A DNA stretch of 64,000 bases. Origin: Macrostomum lignano. Taxonomy: Eukaryota. Each line of letters begins with the position of its first letter. Position 1 is the first letter of the stretch. The notes under the pieces are model-generated. The model was given only the letters and a program-made list of their open reading frames with translations. It had not been told where the DNA came from and ran no database searches. The position numbers and the translations under genes are program-made. The stretch spans positions 1-64,000 of the forward strand of contig NIVC01001573.1 of NCBI GenBank assembly GCA_002269645.1, written 5' to 3'. Positions 58,980-64,000 of the stretch are shown here, piece by piece.

Positions 58980-61900
58980 CTGGCTACGGCTACGGATATG
59001 GATACGGAAAGGCTATGGATACGGATAGGCTACGGATATGGATACGGATAGGCTACGGATATGGATACGGATAGGCTACGGGTATGGATAGGCTTACGGG
59101 GATATGGATAGGCTACGGATATGGATGTGGATAGGCTACGGATATGGATACGGATAGGCTACGGATATGGATGCGGATAGGCTACAGATATGGATACGAA
59201 TAGGCTACGGATATGGATACGGATAGGCTACAGATATTGATACGGATAGGCTACGGATATGGATAGGCTACGGATACGGATAGGCTACGGATACGGATAG
59301 GCTACGGATATGGATAGGCTACGGATACGGATAGGCTACGGATATGGATGCGGATAGGCTACGGATATGGATACGGATAGGCTACGGATATGGATGCGGA
59401 TAGGCTACAGATATGGATACGGATAGGCTACGGATATGGATACGGATAGGCTACGGATATGGATGCGGATAGGCTACGGATATGGATGCGGATAGGCTAC
59501 GGATATGGATACGGATAGGCTACGGATATGGATGCGGATAGGCTACGGATATGGATACGGATAGGCTACGGATATGGATAGGCTACGGGGATACGGATAG
59601 GCTACGGGTATGGATACGGATAGGCTACGGATATGGATGTGGATAGGCTACGGATATGGATACGGATAGGCTACGGATACGGATAGGCTACGGATATGGA
59701 TGCGGATAGGCTACGGATATGGATGTGGATAGGCTACGGATATGGATACGGATAGGCTACGGATATGGATGCGGATAGGCTACGGATATGGATGTGGATA
59801 GGCTACGGATATGGATACGGATAGGCTACGGATATGGATGCGGATAGGCTACGGATATGGATACGGATAGGCTACGGATATGGATGCGGATAGGCTACGG
59901 ATATGGATGCGGATAGGCTACGGATATGGCTGCGGATAGGCTACAGATATAGATGCGGATAGGCTACGGATATGGATACGGATAGGCTACGGGGATACGG
60001 ATAGGCTACGGGTATGGATAGGCTACGGGGATACGGATAGGCTACGGGTATGGATACGGATAGGCTACGGATATGGATGTGGATAGGCTACGGATATGGA
60101 TGCGGATAGGCTACGGATATGGATACGGATAGGCTACGGATATGGATGTGGATAGGCTACGGATATGGATACGGATAGGCTACGGATACGGATAGGCTAC
60201 GGATATGGATGCGGATAGGCTACGGATATGGATGCGGATAGGCTACGGATATGGATGCGGATAGGCTACGGATATGGATGCGGATAGGCTACGGATATGG
60301 ATGCGGATAGGCTACGGATATGGATACGGATAGGCTACGGATATGGATGCGGATAGGCTACGGATATGGATGCGGATAGGCTACAGATATAGATGCGGAT
60401 AGGCTACGGATATGGATGCGGATAGGCTACGGATATGGATACGGATAGGCTACGGATATGGATACGGATAGGCTACGGATATGGATGCGGATAGGCTACG
60501 GATATGGATGCGGATAGGCTACGGATATGGATACGGATAGGCTACGGATATGGATGCGGATAGGCTACGGATATGGATGCGGATAGGCTACGGATATGGA
60601 TGCGGATAGGCTACAGATATAGATGCGGATAGGCTACGGATATGGATGCGGATAGGCTACGGATATGGATGCGGATAGGCTACAGATATGGATATGGATA
60701 GGCTACGGATATGGATACGGATAGGCTACAGATATGGATGCGGATAGGCTACGGATATGGATGCGGATAGGCTACGGATATGGATGCGGATAGGCTACGG
60801 ATATGGATACGGATAGGCTACGGGGATACGGATAGGCTACGGGTATGGATAGGCTACGGGGATACGGATAGGCTACGGGTATGGATACGGATAGGCTACG
60901 GATATGGATGTGGATAGGCTACGGATATGGATACGGATAGGCTACGGATACGGATAGGCTACGGATATGGATAGGCTACGGGTATGGATACGGATAGGCT
61001 ACGGGTATGGATACGGATAGGCTACGGATATGGATACGGATAGGCTACGGATATGGATAGGCTACGGGGATACGGATAGGCTACGGATATGGATAGGCTA
61101 CGGGGATACGGATAGGCTACGGATATGGATAGGCTACGGGGATACGGATAGGCTACGGGTATGGATAGGCTACGGGGATACGGATAGGCTACGGATATGG
61201 ATACGGATAGGCTACGGATATGGATAGGCTACGGGGATACGGATAGGCTACGGGTATGGATAGGCTACGGGGATACGGATAGGCTACGGATATGGATACG
61301 GATAGGCTACGGGGATACGGATAGGCTACGGGTATGGATAGGCTACGGGGATACGGATAGGCTACGGGTATGGATTTGGATAGGCTACGGGTATGGATAC
61401 GGATAGGCTACAGATATGGATTTGGATAGGCTACGGGTATGGATACGGATAGGCTACAGATATGGATGCGGATAGGCTACAGATATGGATACGGATAGGC
61501 TACGGATATGGATAGGCTACGGGGATACGGATAGGCTACGGGTATGGATACGGATAGGCTACAGATATGGATTTGGATAGGCAACGGGTATGGATACGGA
61601 TAGGCTACAGATATGGATACGGATAGGCTACAGATATGGATGCGGATAGGCTACAGATATGGATACGGATAGGCTACAGATATGGATGCGGATAGGCTAC
61701 AGATATGGATGCGGATAGGCTACGGATATGGATGCGGATAGGCTACAGATATGGATGCGGATAGGCTACGGATATGGATGCGGATAGGCTACGGATATGG
61801 ATGCGGATAGGCTACAGATATGGATGCGGATAGGCTACAGATATGGATGCGGATAGGCTACGGATATGGATGCGGATAGGCTACAGATATGGATGCGGAT

Positions 61901-64000
61901 AGGCTACGGATATGGATGCGGATAGGCTACGGATATGGATGCGGATAGGCTACAGATATGGATGCGGATAGGCTACGGATATGGATGCGGATAGGCAACG
62001 GGTATGGATGCGGATAGGCTACAGATATGGATGCGGATAGGCTACAGATATGGATACGGATAGGCAACGGGTATGGATACGGATAGGCTACAGATATGGA
62101 TACGGATAGGCTACAGATATGGATACGGATAGGCTACGGATATGGATGCGGATAGGCTACAGATATGGATGCGGATAGGCTACAGATATGGATGCGGATA
62201 GGCTACGGATATGGATGCGGATAGGCTACAGATATGGATGCGGATAGGCTACGGATATGGATACGGATAGGCTACGGATATGGATGCGGATAGGCTACGG
62301 ATATGGATACGGATAGGCTACGGATATGGATGCGGATAGGCTACAGATATGGATGCGGATAGGCTACAGATATGGATGCGGATAGGCTACAGATATGGAT
62401 GCGGATAGGCTACGGATATGGATGCGGATAGGCTACGGATATGGATGCGGATAGGCTACGGATATGGATGCGGATAGGCTACGGATATGGATGCGGATAG
62501 GCTACGGATATGGATGCGGATAGGCTACGGATATGGATACGGATAGGCTACGGGGATACGGATAGGCTACGGGTATGGATAGGCTACGGGGATACGGATA
62601 GGCTACGGGTATGGATACGGATAGGCTACGGATATGGATGTGGATAGGCTACGGATATGGATACGGATAGGCTACGGATACGGATAGGCTACGGATATGG
62701 ATACGGATAGGCTACAGATATGGATACGGATAGGCTACAGATATGGATACGGATAGGCTACGGATATGGATGCGGATAGGCTACAGATATGGATGCGGAT
62801 AGGCTACAGATATGGATGCGGATAGGCTACGGATATGGATGCGGATAGGCTACAGATATGGATGCGGATAGGCTACGGATATGGATGCGGATAGGCTACG
62901 GATATGGATGCGGATAGGCTACGGATATGGATACGGATAGGCTACAGATATGGATGCGGATAGGCTACGGATATGGATGCGGATAGGCTACGGATATGGA
63001 TGCGGATAGGCTACGGATATGGATGCGGATAGGCTACGGATATGGATACGGATAGGCTACGGATATGGATGCGGATAGGCTACGGATATGGATACGGATA
63101 GGCTACGGGGATACGGATAGGCTACAGGTATGGATAGGCTACGGGGATACGGATAGGCTACGGGTATGGATACGGATAGGCTACGGATATGGATGTGGAT
63201 AGGCTACGGATATGGATACGGATAGGCTACGGATACGGATAGGCTACGGATATGGATAGGCTACGGGGATACGGATAGGCTACAGATATGGATGCGGATA
63301 GGCTACAGATATGGATGCGGATAGGCTACAGATATGGATGCGGATAGGCTACGGATATGGATGCGGATAGGCTACGGATATGGATGCGGATAGGCTACGG
63401 ATATGGATGCGGATAGGCTACGGATATGGATACGGATAGGCTACGGATATGGATGCGGATAGGCTACGGATATGGATACGGATAGGCTACGGGGATACGG
63501 ATAGGCTACGGGTATGGATAGGCTACGGGGATACGGATAGGCTACGGTATGGATACGGATAGGCTACGGATATGGATGTGGATAGGCTACGGATATGGAT
63601 ACGGATAGGCTACGGATACGGATAGGCTACGGATATGGATAGGCTACGGGGATACGGATAGGCTACAGATATGGATTTAGATAGGCTACGGGTATGGATA
63701 CGGATAGGCTACAGATATGGATGCGGATAGGCTACAGATATGGATACGGATAGGCTACGGATATGGATAGGCTACGGGGATACGGATAGGCTACGGGTAT
63801 GGATACGGATAGGCTACGGGTATGGATACGGATAGGCTACAGATATGGATGCGGATAGGCTACAGATATGGATGCGGATAGGCTACAGATATGGATGCGG
63901 ATAGGCTACGGATATGGATGCGGATAGGCTACAGATATGGATTTGGATAGGCAACGGGTATGGATACGGATAGGCTACAGATATGGATGCGGATAGGCTA
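58980..64000. repeat. 23-bp satellite (GGCTACGGATATGGATGCGGATA), over 5 kb, runs off the window
   Basis: Built of GGCTAC/GGATAT/GGATGC/GGATA sub-repeats. Confidence 0.97.

Overview
Eukaryotic (animal) genomic DNA with GC-rich exons and introns largely filled by unrelated minisatellites. This architecture resembles the flatworm Macrostomum, but the organism is only an inference. Host genes reconstructed by hand with GT-AG, phase-consistent exons: an ADAM metalloprotease-disintegrin (-, runs off the left edge), MTHFS (-), ARMC5-like (-), JADE/rhinoceros-like PHD protein (-), glucosidase II alpha GANAB (+, first exon not found) and a TWIK-type K2P channel (+). An AT-rich block at about 36.4-48.3 kb holds nested DNA transposons, including a near-intact Buster/SPIN-type hAT. 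The standout is a 9,460-bp element (1576-11035) in an ADAM intron, with about 940-bp terminal inverted repeats and a 6-bp target-site duplication (TCCCTA). It encodes a Maverick/Polinton-type protein-primed B DNA polymerase split by six spliceosomal introns, three of them (67-69 bp) inside catalytic motifs A, B and C. It also encodes a PC4-like protein and one spliced orphan. No integrase, ATPase, protease or capsid gene is recognisable. All calls come from manual reading; no database searches were run.
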